Assembly: GCA_019351955.1 (NCBI GenBank)
Contig: JABBOE010000001.1
Span: 8,234-72,233 of the forward strand
Length of the DNA: 64,000 nucleotides
Source: Pseudomonadota bacterium
GTDB taxonomy: Bacteria; Pseudomonadota; Gammaproteobacteria; Burkholderiales; Burkholderiaceae_C
Direction of reading: 5' to 3'
The position numbers were made by a program, and so were the translations under genes. Shown one piece after another: positions 9,907 to 19,679 of the stretch. The notes below the pieces were generated by a model, which was not told where the DNA came from, made no database searches, and saw only the letters and a program-made list of their open reading frames with translations. Position 1 is the stretch's first letter, and every line of letters begins with the position of its first letter.

Positions 9907-10808
9907 TGCAGGCGCCAACTGCATTGGTGACCGGCGCTGGCGGATTTACCGGCCGCTATCTCGTGCCGGCGCTGCGCGACAAGGAATTTCGCGTGGTCGG
10001 CCTGGGGGAGGGGGCATCCTCCGCTGATGTCGACATCTCCTGCAATCTGACGAACACTGCGGCCGTACGCTCCGCCGTGGAGCAAGCGCAGCCGACGCAT
10101 GTGGTGCATCTGGCCGCGCTCGCCTTCGTGGGACATGGAGATGCGCGGGCGTTTTATGACGTCAACCTCTTCGGTACGCTCAACCTGCTGGAAGCGCTGG
10201 CGGCACTGGACGTGCCGCCGCAAAAGGTGCTCATCGCGAGTTCGGCCAATGTGTACGGTACCCCGGGAGTCGAGGTGATTGACGAAACGGTTTGCCCGGC
10301 ACCGGTGAACCACTATGCCTGCAGCAAACTGGCCATGGAGCACATGGTGCGCACCTGGTTTGAGCGGTTGCCAATCGTGATGACGCGACCGTTCAATTAC
10401 ACCGGGGTGGGGCAGGACGAGAAGTTTCTCATCCCCAAGATCGTGAGTCATTTCCAGCGCAACGCCGCGCACATCGAACTGGGGAATCTCGACGTTGCAC
10501 GAGATTTTTCCGACGTGCGGGACGTGGCGGCGGCTTATATGGCCCTGCTCGATTCGGATGCGCATTCCGACGTGTTCAACGTCTGCACTGGCGAAGCCGT
10601 TGCCTTGCGAGAAGTGCTACGCATGATGGCCGAGATCAGCGCCCACGACTTGGAGGTGCGCGTGAACCCGGCGTTCGTGCGCTCGAATGAAATTCCCGTC
10701 TTACGGGGCGACCCGCGTAAGCTCCAGGGACAAACCGGGCATACCTCCAGCATTCCGCTGCGCGACACGCTGCACTGGATGTACACGGCCGCGTCGCCAG
10801 CAGCGTAG
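9906..10808 (+). CDS. rmd: GDP-4-dehydro-6-deoxy-D-mannose reductase (GDP-D-rhamnose synthase)
   Basis: 300 aa. Blocks shared with Pseudomonas Rmd as I recall it: NLFGTLNLLEAL, YACSKLA, RPFNYTGVGQ, LGNLDVARDFSDVRDV, VFNVCTG. TGATG overlap with gmd. Confidence 0.8.
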   Translation: MQAPTALVTGAGGFTGRYLVPALRDKEFRVVGLGEGASSADVDISCNLTNTAAVRSAVEQAQPTHVVHLAALAFVGHGDARAFYDVNLFGTLNLLEALAALDVPPQKVLIASSANVYGTPGVEVIDETVCPAPVNHYACSKLAMEHMVRTWFERLPIVMTRPFNYTGVGQDEKFLIPKIVSHFQRNAAHIELGNLDVARDFSDVRDVAAAYMALLDSDAHSDVFNVCTGEAVALREVLRMMAEISAHDLEVRVNPAFVRSNEIPVLRGDPRKLQGQTGHTSSIPLRDTLHWMYTAASPAA

Positions 10809-10837
10809 ACCGGTACTGAAACTGAGCTTCTCTCTTT

Positions 10838-13216
10838 ATGCACTTACCACGAGCGGAACAAGCAACACCGGTTTTTTTCACCATCGTGTCGGCCAATTAC
10901 ATGGCCTATGCGAAGACCCTCATGGCGTCGATCCGCGAGAACCATCCGGATTCGCTGCGCTATGTGTTCCTGGCCGACGAAACCCTCAGCGAATTGAACA
11001 TCGAGGCAGGCTTGTTCAAGCTTCGCTTAGGCAAAGATTTGCCGGTGCCCCATTTTGAGCACCTGGCGTTTCGCTACAACATTCTGGAATTCAACACCGC
11101 GCTCAAGCCGTTCGCCATCAGCCAGTTGATGCTCGAAAACCCGGCGGCACCAGTGCTCTACATCGACCCCGATATTCTTCTTCTCTCCCCGTTGACGGAG
11201 GTTTTCAGCCGCCTGTCGGCTGGAGCGATGGCGGTGCTTACGCCCCACTTCACCGCGCCGCTGGAAGATGGGAAATCGCCGGACGAGCTCGCCATCTCGC
11301 GCGTGGGAAGCTTCAACCTGGGGTTTCTCGCAACGGGCCCACAGCCATCACGCCAGGCTTTCGTTGACTGGTGGTGCCGCAAGCTGGAGTTCGGCGCCTT
11401 CGTTGATCTGGAGTCGGGCTTGTTCACCGACCAGAAGTGGATGGATCTAGTGCCGGGCATGTTCCCGGGCGTGCAGATCCTGCGGCACCCCGGTTACAAC
11501 CTGGCGTACTGGAACCTACCGCACCGCCCGGTGGCCCTGGCAAACGATGGCGCGCTGCTGGCGGGTGGCGAACCGGTGGCCTTCATCCATTTCTCGGGGG
11601 TGGACGTACACCACCCGGAAATGTTCTCGAAACATCAGAACCGCTTTGACATCACGAACATTGGCTCGCTGCGGCCCACCTACGAGCGCTACGTGGCACT
11701 GCTACAGACCAACGGCTATGACGATTACCTCAAGATCGGCTACCGGTATGGCAAGCTGCGCGACGGCACGCGCATCACGCAGGACATGCGCGAGATCTTC
11801 CGACAAAAGTTTGACATCGGCTGCGCGGATCCCACCCAGGATCCGTTTGGTCTGCCTGGCACGGCTTTCGTGGAACCTCTCCCCGTGTCCATACGCGTCA
11901 TGCGCTTGGCGCGGCAGCAGCTCACGCGGATACGCAACTTCTGGCCAGTGCGTGTTCTGTTCAACCGACTCAGCCCGGAAGCGCGGTGGGCGCTGCGCCG
12001 CTTTGTCATGCGTGGAGTGCAGTCGCCCGAAGCACGTGCACTTCGGCAACAGAAAGCACAACGAGCGCTGGGCTTTGAAACTCAACGGGAAGAAGGCGGC
12101 CAGGGCACGGCGGCCAACTTCATTGGCTACCTCACCGGAGAATTCGGTGTTGCAGAGAACGCCAGGCTGTTCATTGCCGCAGCGCAGCGAGCAGGTGTGA
12201 AGCTGGCTCTAACTAGCATCGACGCGACCAATACTGCCCGGCAGAGTGACGCGAGGTATGAGCACGCCGTCACCAACAAGGCCACGTTTCCGATCAGTGT
12301 GATTTTCGCCAATGCGGATCAAGCGCCGCTCGTGCAGGCTGCGCTGGGGCCGGACTATCGCACTTCTTACACGGTGGGATATTGGTATTGGGAGCTTGGC
12401 CTGTTTCCGGAAGAATGGGTAGGCAGCTTTGACTACGTGGACGAGGTCTGGACAGCCACAGAATTCGTGCGCGACGCGGTGCAGGCACGCACGCATAAGC
12501 CCGTGTACAAACTGCGACCTCCGGTCGATGTTCGCCTCGACCGGGCCTACCGGCGCTTGGAGTTCGGCATCCCGGACGATCGTTATGTCTTTCTCTTCAG
12601 CTTTGATTTCCAGTCCTTCATCGAACGCAAGAATCCTTTCGGCGCGATTGACGCATTCAAACTGGCGTTTCCGGAGCCAGATGACCGCGCCATTCTTGTC
12701 CTGAAGGCCACGAACGGCGACAAGAAGCCGGATGAGCGCAAACGTTTGCTGGACTCGATTGGCACGGATACTCGCATCGTGCTTCAAGACCAGTTTCTGA
12801 GCCGCGAGGCCATGTTCGGTCTTGAAAGCGTGGTTGATTGCTATGTCTCGCTGCATCGCGCCGAGGGATTTGGTTTGGGCCTAGCCGAATCGATGGCACT
12901 GGGCAAGCCTGTGATCGGCACAGCCTACTCTGGAAATATGGAGTTCATGAACGCCGCGAACAGCTGTCTGGTGGGCTACCGGCTTATTGACATCGAGAGG
13001 AACCAGTACCCCTTCGGCTTGGGCAAACAATGGGCCGACCCCGACTTGGCGCAGGCAGCATTCCACATGCGCCGCTTGGTGGACAACCCCGCCTACGCCC
13101 AAGCCATGGGCCAAGCCGGCGCGGCACATATGCGCGACGAATTCGGTCTTGAGCCCTGCGGCAATGCGGTAGCAAACCGGCTTGCGACGCTCACACAGCG
13201 CGGCACGCCGCGCTAA
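10838..13216 (+). CDS. two-domain glycosyltransferase (N-terminal GT-A-like domain plus C-terminal GT4/GT-B domain), probable D-rhamnosyltransferase
   Basis: 792 aa. The N-terminus FFTIVSANYMAYAKTLMASI is typical of nucleotide-sugar transferase domains. The C-terminus SLHRAEGFGLGLAESMALGKPVIGTAYSGNMEF is a GT4 signature. Placed directly after gmd-rmd. Confidence 0.7.
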   Translation: MHLPRAEQATPVFFTIVSANYMAYAKTLMASIRENHPDSLRYVFLADETLSELNIEAGLFKLRLGKDLPVPHFEHLAFRYNILEFNTALKPFAISQLMLENPAAPVLYIDPDILLLSPLTEVFSRLSAGAMAVLTPHFTAPLEDGKSPDELAISRVGSFNLGFLATGPQPSRQAFVDWWCRKLEFGAFVDLESGLFTDQKWMDLVPGMFPGVQILRHPGYNLAYWNLPHRPVALANDGALLAGGEPVAFIHFSGVDVHHPEMFSKHQNRFDITNIGSLRPTYERYVALLQTNGYDDYLKIGYRYGKLRDGTRITQDMREIFRQKFDIGCADPTQDPFGLPGTAFVEPLPVSIRVMRLARQQLTRIRNFWPVRVLFNRLSPEARWALRRFVMRGVQSPEARALRQQKAQRALGFETQREEGGQGTAANFIGYLTGEFGVAENARLFIAAAQRAGVKLALTSIDATNTARQSDARYEHAVTNKATFPISVIFANADQAPLVQAALGPDYRTSYTVGYWYWELGLFPEEWVGSFDYVDEVWTATEFVRDAVQARTHKPVYKLRPPVDVRLDRAYRRLEFGIPDDRYVFLFSFDFQSFIERKNPFGAIDAFKLAFPEPDDRAILVLKATNGDKKPDERKRLLDSIGTDTRIVLQDQFLSREAMFGLESVVDCYVSLHRAEGFGLGLAESMALGKPVIGTAYSGNMEFMNAANSCLVGYRLIDIERNQYPFGLGKQWADPDLAQAAFHMRRLVDNPAYAQAMGQAGAAHMRDEFGLEPCGNAVANRLATLTQRGTPR

Positions 13217-13235
13217 CGGGCATCGGCCATCTCCT

Positions 13236-14378
13236 GTGCGAGTTCTGCACTTCGGCAAATACGCGTTCGAGCGCGCTGGCGGCATGGAGCGCCATGTCGA
13301 GGTTCTCACCCGTGGCTTGGCAGCCGCCGGCGTTGATGTGTCGGTTCTGGTTTATGACCCCTCGGGGCTCGCCCGATCACGCGCCGTCGATGGCGTCCTT
13401 GTCGAGCCGGTGAGGCCTTGGTTCCATCTGGGAAGCCAAGCCATTGCGCCAGGCATGCTGGGCAGAGCCTACGCCCAAGCACGAAAGAAGCGCTTCGACT
13501 TGGTGCACCAGCACTGGCCTGACCCCTTTGGCCATGTCGTCGCTAGCCTCGTGCCGGGGCACCCAGCACACGTCGTGAGTTGGCATAGTGACATCGTGCG
13601 CCAGCGCGTGATAGGGCCGCTATACCTCGGACTGGCGCCCCATTTGCTGCGGCGCCCAGACGCGGTGGTGGGCGCGACTGCCGCGCATCTTCAATCTCGG
13701 CAGCTTGACGGTTTCGTCACGAGGGAACTCCGCCACGTCATTCCCTATGGCATCGACGTGCGCCCTCTGGAGCCTACGGCTGAGGTCTTGCGGCAAGCAG
13801 AGGCTCTACGCGCAAAGTACAAACACCAGCCTCTCGTGTTCGCATTAGGCCGGCATGTTTACTACAAAGGCTTCGATGTACTTATCAAAGCGATGGCCCA
13901 AGTACAGGCCGTGCTAATCTTGGGCGGCGAGGGGCCGCTAACAACCCAATTGCGCGGTTTGGCTTTGAGCAACGGCGCACGCGTGGAGTTTGCTGGCGCC
14001 ATTCCCGAAGAAGAACTGCCTGCCTACTTCCACGCTTGCGACGTGTACTGCCTCTCATATATCGCACAGGCTGAAGCCTTCGGCATCGTTCAGGCGGAGG
14101 CCATGGCTTGCGGCAAACCGGTGGTCAACACCTGGCTTCACAACGGCGTAAATGAGCTTGCAGCAAACAATGTATCCGCACTTACCGTAGACCCTGGTGA
14201 TCCCAACGCCTTGGCGAACGCTTTGAACCGCGTGTTGTGCAACTCAGAGCTAGCACGGCGCTTAGGTCGAGGTGGGTACCTACGTGTGCGGCAGGACTTT
14301 ACTGTAGAGGCCATGGTGCGGAAGACTATTGACCTCTACGCGGCGTTGCTGCAGTGGCGCGCCAAGCAACGCGTTTGA
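13236..14378 (+). CDS. GT4-family glycosyltransferase (WbpY/WbpZ-like)
   Basis: ORF 13182..14378. A GTG at 13236 gives N-terminus VRVLHFGKYAFERAGGMERHV, typical of GT4, without overlapping the upstream gene. C-terminal QAEAFGIVQAEAMACGKPVV motif. Confidence 0.75.
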   Translation: MRVLHFGKYAFERAGGMERHVEVLTRGLAAAGVDVSVLVYDPSGLARSRAVDGVLVEPVRPWFHLGSQAIAPGMLGRAYAQARKKRFDLVHQHWPDPFGHVVASLVPGHPAHVVSWHSDIVRQRVIGPLYLGLAPHLLRRPDAVVGATAAHLQSRQLDGFVTRELRHVIPYGIDVRPLEPTAEVLRQAEALRAKYKHQPLVFALGRHVYYKGFDVLIKAMAQVQAVLILGGEGPLTTQLRGLALSNGARVEFAGAIPEEELPAYFHACDVYCLSYIAQAEAFGIVQAEAMACGKPVVNTWLHNGVNELAANNVSALTVDPGDPNALANALNRVLCNSELARRLGRGGYLRVRQDFTVEAMVRKTIDLYAALLQWRAKQRV

Positions 14379-14653
14379 TTGGCCCGAAGGTATACAACAA
14401 CGCCCCGCAAAGCTGCCGCCTACCAAAACGGCACTGGTCCCTCCCCAACGTCCAAAATGTCGCTGCCGCCACCGAAGGTCATCACCACCAAGACCATCAC
14501 CGGCAGGTGACCTCTGAGCGTCTATCCAACAAGGCCCAAATAATCACTTCGCAGCTTGGCTCACCCAGCGCTGGTCTCGACCTTTAGCCGCCACCTGCAT
14601 CCGGTCGCCCATCCGCCCCAAATTAATATATCCGGATTGCACTAGGCAATATA

Positions 14654-16117
14654 TCAATAGCCTGAATGAAGAGAACGCACGCCTTCATGAAGGTGCATCA
14701 CAGGAGGTATTTCTGATCGCCCCTCGAAAGCCACCTCTTCGCCACTTCCAATTCGCGCAAAGACAGCATCAATGCGCCGCCGAGCGGCGATATCAATTGC
14801 CTCCTCAAACATCGAACGGGAATAATTCCAAAGCTCCTTTCGCATGGCGCCACCCAAAGGTGACTCAAACTCTCTTATACACAAGCGATGAACCCACACC
14901 CCATCCTCAAAATCGACTCGGTCATGCCCCTGCCCGGCAGTGAGAACATGCACCTGATGCCCGTCCGTTGCTGCGCTAGCAGCAAACTGATAGGCGTCCG
15001 CTCCGGCGCTGTCAGCGCCCTTCTGGTCGTACTCGCGGCATAAAACCACAAAGCATCGCTGGCAGCTCGCATCAAGCAATGGCTTAAACGTCAATATATC
15101 ACCCATCCCTCTCAGTTGTTCGGCCCTCCAGATCCTTCGCACTCCCGCCAGACCGCGGTTGAGACCATCGCGAAGCGCCCGATTTACATCCGATTCGAAT
15201 CGTTTCATGTATACAGGGTCAAGCCCTTTGACCTCAACGGCCCAGCGCGCGTCATGCCTGTATCTCTCAATCGCTGCACCTATGTCTAGCAAGATCTGGT
15301 AAAGGCCTGCATGCTCACCCGCATTGAGAATCGAGAAGTAAACCTTATTTTTGACCAGTGAATACCAATTAGTTAAAACACCGCCATCATCTCTTATATC
15401 ACTTGCCAAATATTTGTGATGAACAAAGCCAACACTCACTTGTGCCACCTTGAACCCAGCATCTACAAGACGTAATATGAGATCACTTTCATCCAAAAAA
15501 TATTCATATTCCTCATCAAACCCACCAAGCTCGGCGATTGCTGATCGCCGAAAAACGCTATTTGCCATTACATGCGGATAATTGAAACTACCAGGGAAAT
15601 TAAATTCCGGCGTCGCGCGACCCCAAGATTGATCTGGCGTACCAAAGCGGTTGAGGGTCCCATACATCCATTGATAACCCTTCCCGGTGTGATCATGTAA
15701 AAAGCCGCCTGCGACAGCAACATCGCCGTCTATAAACATCGGGATCAAATCGCTCAGCCACTCCGGCTCGGGAACCGAATCATCGTCTAGAAATGCGATA
15801 AACTCACCCGCTGAATTCGCAATGCCAATATTTCTCGAAAGAGACAAATTTCTTATCGGGCATTGCGCATATCGAATAACAGACCCATAAGAGTCGCAGA
15901 GTTCGTGTGTGCCATCCCGCGTGGGCCCCGCGACAACCACGACCTCAAAGTTTGGATACCGAAGGTAACGCAGACTTTCAAGGCAAGTTGTCAAACTTTT
16001 AACCCGTGCATCGGTATTTATAACAACCGAAACAGGGGGATAGAACTCGCGATGAATCATTATTTTCAAAAAATCCTCAGAGATAACTCCATCATCGTGA
16101 AATAGCCCACTTCGCAT
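14654..16117 (-). CDS. GT2-family glycosyltransferase with a C-terminal extension resembling half of a GT-B domain
   Basis: 487 aa. GT-A start VSVVINTDARVKSL...NFEVVVVAGP and FLDDDSVPEPEWL (DxD). The last ~130 aa (DGHQVHVLTAGQGHDRVDFEDGVWVHRL) look like the N-terminal Rossmann half of a GT4, without the catalytic half. AT-rich. Confidence 0.7.
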   Translation of the reverse strand: MRSGLFHDDGVISEDFLKIMIHREFYPPVSVVINTDARVKSLTTCLESLRYLRYPNFEVVVVAGPTRDGTHELCDSYGSVIRYAQCPIRNLSLSRNIGIANSAGEFIAFLDDDSVPEPEWLSDLIPMFIDGDVAVAGGFLHDHTGKGYQWMYGTLNRFGTPDQSWGRATPEFNFPGSFNYPHVMANSVFRRSAIAELGGFDEEYEYFLDESDLILRLVDAGFKVAQVSVGFVHHKYLASDIRDDGGVLTNWYSLVKNKVYFSILNAGEHAGLYQILLDIGAAIERYRHDARWAVEVKGLDPVYMKRFESDVNRALRDGLNRGLAGVRRIWRAEQLRGMGDILTFKPLLDASCQRCFVVLCREYDQKGADSAGADAYQFAASAATDGHQVHVLTAGQGHDRVDFEDGVWVHRLCIREFESPLGGAMRKELWNYSRSMFEEAIDIAARRRIDAVFARIGSGEEVAFEGRSEIPPVMHLHEGVRSLHSGY

Positions 16118-16200
16118 TGCGGAAGTGACATTCAGCCTTCTCGATTGGCGTGCGCCGAGTTAGCTTGCGCCAAGGGTTCTGCGGCTGGAAAGTCCGCCGA

Positions 16201-16755
16201 TTAAACCCGAGGCGAGACGGAGCGTGGATGCAGCATACTTTCGCCCGTCGCACCCGGTTCCGATTCCTCTTGACCGGACGTTTTTAAAGCACCGCCACTC
16301 ATTCCAGCCGGATCGCTAGGTCTATTACCGGAATTCCCCGAAAGGCTCGACAAATCCCTGCGCAAAGCAATCACGTCACGGGTAATTTTGCGCAATGAAA
16401 CCGGAACCGAACCGACAATGTTTTCCCAGTCCTTTTCGGCTGCGGTTTGACGGTCCTGAAGATCGGATATGGTCTGCAACACGCTCTGCAACCGGGTTTC
16501 TTCCAAAGTCACCAGGCGTTGTTCCAGAACGGATAGCCTATTCATGATTTCAGGCAACTGCCGCACTTCAAAATCATGCTGGCTTCGAATATAATTGGGA
16601 CACCGAATTACGCCGATCATTACCTGCAACGAGCGCCCTAAAATCGGCCATTTTGCAGCCTTGCGAACCAATCGCTTGAGCATTTTTTTCAATTTGATTC
16701 CGCCGTTATCGCGCGGTGACACCGCGGTCAACTTCGCCTTAAATTTCGCTGACAT
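16201..16755 (-). CDS. hypothetical coiled-coil protein
   Basis: 184 aa. Basic N-terminus and one hydrophobic segment (WPILGRSLQVMIGVI). Heptad-like stretch LSVLEQRLVTLEETRLQSVLQTISDLQDRQTAAEKDWENI. Low-complexity Ser/Gly tail. Overlaps the upstream GT2 stop by 17 nt. No family recognised. Confidence 0.5.
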   Translation of the reverse strand: MSAKFKAKLTAVSPRDNGGIKLKKMLKRLVRKAAKWPILGRSLQVMIGVIRCPNYIRSQHDFEVRQLPEIMNRLSVLEQRLVTLEETRLQSVLQTISDLQDRQTAAEKDWENIVGSVPVSLRKITRDVIALRRDLSSLSGNSGNRPSDPAGMSGGALKTSGQEESEPGATGESMLHPRSVSPRV

Positions 16756-17722
16756 ACCTTCGGCGCAGAGACGATATGAATTCGTCTATTTTTATGTCCG
16801 AAACCACAGAAGCTTTCTGCTCTAGGTGCTTTAACGCACCGTTGACTTCACGATCGACAAAAATCCGTAGATCATTTTGGTCGGCATGGAGAAGAAGTGG
16901 CATTTTTATTTTTTCGAGGACGCTTTCTAGGCTATACGCGGATTGCGCGATCCTGGTGGGCGCCGTCGAGTTTGTCGTGCTACTTGAGCGGTACATGTAA
17001 TGGTAAAAAACACCCTCAATGGAACGATAGGATTTGGCTTTGATGTAGATATACACAATGCATAGCATATCCTCTGCAAAAATTATACTTTCGTCAGTCG
17101 TTACGGCGATAGACGCCATCGCTGCATTCCATAGTTGGCGATTTATAATTTTATTCGCAAGACTGTTATTAGAACCACCTCTTAAGTAAGATTTTAAAAT
17201 GTCTTTCTCCTGCCAGCTTATCGCGCCGCTGAATCTTTTATGAACCCATGGTTCACCTGCTTCCGGAATCATAAGAAACGGGCATTCAACGACTTCGGCG
17301 GGCGCTGTCTCGGCCGCGGACGTCATTATCTCGATAAACTGCTCACTTGCGGCATCGTCATGGTCTAAGAACCAGAGATATTTTCCCTTTGCATGGGCAG
17401 CTCCTCGCTTTCGCGATTGGAATGTTCCAACGTGTCTTTTGTTGCGAATAATTTTAACCGGTATACTCTTCTGGCCAAACTTCTTCTTGATTGATTCAGA
17501 TAGTTTGGAGTGATCCGCAACGATAATGACCTCGAAGTCTTTAGATGTCTGCCTCAACAATGTATCAATACTGCATGCCAACTCGTTCTCCTCACCATGA
17601 AAAGGTATAATGACTGAAACTTTCTTAACCTTAAAAAAGTTTCTAGCGAAGCTCCGAATTTGACGCGAGAGATATTTGATCATAGTGAAACATGTGGCTT
17701 CAATTAGGCTGAAGTAACGCAA
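16739..17722 (-). CDS. GT2-family glycosyltransferase
   Basis: 327 aa. VSVIIPFHGEENELACSIDTLLRQT...FEVIIVADHS and FLDHDD (DxD). AT-rich. Confidence 0.75.
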   Translation of the reverse strand: MRYFSLIEATCFTMIKYLSRQIRSFARNFFKVKKVSVIIPFHGEENELACSIDTLLRQTSKDFEVIIVADHSKLSESIKKKFGQKSIPVKIIRNKRHVGTFQSRKRGAAHAKGKYLWFLDHDDAASEQFIEIMTSAAETAPAEVVECPFLMIPEAGEPWVHKRFSGAISWQEKDILKSYLRGGSNNSLANKIINRQLWNAAMASIAVTTDESIIFAEDMLCIVYIYIKAKSYRSIEGVFYHYMYRSSSTTNSTAPTRIAQSAYSLESVLEKIKMPLLLHADQNDLRIFVDREVNGALKHLEQKASVVSDIKIDEFISSLRRRYVSEI

Positions 17723-18189
17723 AATCTAAAGCTGCTGTACGCCCTGAAATTCCCCTTCGTCTACCTGCACCGCTGTCCGGATCGAGCACCAACTGAGGTT
17801 TCGCTTTCGCTTCGACGTTTGGAAAAACCGGTGCTAGCATCGCGCTTTTAGGCGGGTCGCTCCCAAGCTTGAAGGGTGATGCGCCTCTCCGTCGCGAGGA
17901 TAGGCTAATTGATGCCGTCTCGACAACTTCGGCAGGTGAAGTCGTCACTGTGATGACCGATATTTGGTGTCCAATGTGGGCCACACAGGTTCGTGACGAT
18001 GCGTGTGGGCCCTCATGCCGCACGCGGGCATCCAAGAATGGCAGGAAGCGGCAGCTAAGGCGTCCTTATGGATTCCTGTAGTTCGCATAAACACGGAGTT
18101 TTCGCGAGACTGGGAATGGTTGGCCGCCACTTTCAGTTTCCATTCCAGTGGCGTGGAGTGTCTGGGAGTTTTGCCGTTATGTTTGCATG

Positions 18190-19060
18190 CGCTGCCACCG
18201 ACCATTTCTTCGGAGCGCCTCGATCACATGGACGATTTGCGCCACCTGCTGGTCTTGCACATGCCAGGGGAGGAGATCGAGGCACGGGTGGAATACATGT
18301 TGTTTTCCCTCAAGGGGCGCAGCGGTGCGACCAAGGCCGACCTTGGTCGTTTTGGTAAACAAACGCAGCGCGCTGCTGCACCTAAAGCAGACATTCAACG
18401 AGTCCGACGACGGCGCCGTTCAACGCTCGGGCCAGACACCAGCATGGTGGCCATTCTCGGGTCAGGCGTCTGTGAACAACACCAACCTTGACACGCCAGC
18501 ACTCTGATCAAGCTCCACGAAATCCCAGGCGAGGGGGCGTGGACGAGTCCTTCTGGCGCAGATCCTCAACGTGTCCGTGGATTTCAATCTGATCAAACTC
18601 CGGGAAATCGCGCGGGTGATTTTGTGTTGATAGCACGGCGGAGCACAAGCCGATCGCTCACGCCACCGACGTCCGCCTGCGGGAGACAGTGCGCACCAAG
18701 CTGGTGAAGGCGGCCAAGGATGCGGGCGTCGATCGGAAGCAGACTGGTGCCATCGCGTGCAAGGATCTCGGCCACAAGCCCGGGCGCGAGGCCAACGCAG
18801 CCCCAAGCCAAGCGGATGCGCCGCGCCATCAAACGACGCCGGCGCATCATCGTGGGCTGCTTGCAGCATGAGATCGTACTCAAGGCCAATGTCCTAGGGC
18901 AGTGGTGCGAAAGGTGCTCGGTGAGACCTTGGGAAAGACTACGCGCACCGAGTCCCAGTGTGGCAAGCGCATGCAGAGACGGCCAAGCCAACTCTAGGCC
19001 TAGCAAGCCCGCGAATGCCGCTGGTGGTGGAGGCTTTCGCATTCAGGGAGCAGAACTGGC
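18190..19060 (+). pseudogene. IS5-family (DUF772 + DDE_Tnp_1 type) transposase relic, multiply frameshifted with internal stops
   Basis: Transposase-like peptides are scattered over all three + frames: SERLDHMDDLRH, RSALLHLKQTFNESDD, LIKLREIARVI, STAEHKPIAHATDVRLRETVRTKLVKAAKDAGV, KRMRRAIKRRRRI. They appear in the order expected for IS5-type transposases. No intact ORF. Boundaries are approximate. Confidence 0.6.
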
Positions 19061-19679
19061 AACGCGATTTGATTCTGCACAGTCGTCGTTCATACTCGGG
19101 CAGCGGCCCCAAGTTGAACAGAGAATTATTGAAGACGCATTCCGAACGAGGCGCATGGGATTAGCGAATCGCGCTACCGCTAATGATAAGTTATGCAACA
19201 GCGCCATTATTAATGGTAATTCGTCCGGCGAAGTTTCTGAACTGAACCTGGGTGTCGTGAACTATGATCATAGTTTTGCTCTGCCATCGCACCTTATTAT
19301 TGGTATCGTCGGCCCGAACAACGCTTTGGACGCATCATGCTTGCTCATTTGCGAACCGCAAACCCTTCACGCTCCTTCCCACCCATATGATGACAATTGG
19401 CTTGCCCGCTCAAATAAGTCAAACAGGAGGTCGGCAATGCGCACGAAGCCAAACAATCAGCAGGGGATTTTCCTATCCTTCTCGGTGAAGGCTGCGACAG
19501 CATCATCTGATTAATATCGAAGCGACCGACGGCTTTTGATGGATGAAGTGACGGTGTGCTTTAATCTAACATGCGAATGACAAAGCCACATTCGGGAACC
19601 GTCGCGTTACCCATCGAAACCCGACACTGATGACCACGAACCCGTTGTGTGGCACCTTATCACCCACCAGGAGACCCTG

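Noticed and set aside
9115-10565. Two 269-aa minus-strand ORFs opposite gmd and rmd
   Set aside because: Antisense shadows of well-supported sugar-nucleotide genes.
18720-19514. 264-aa plus-strand ORF
   Set aside because: It runs through the C-terminal debris of the IS5-type transposase relic into AT-rich junk. Only about 15 residues (KRMRRAIKRRRRI) look transposase-like, so it is a chance fusion of fragments.
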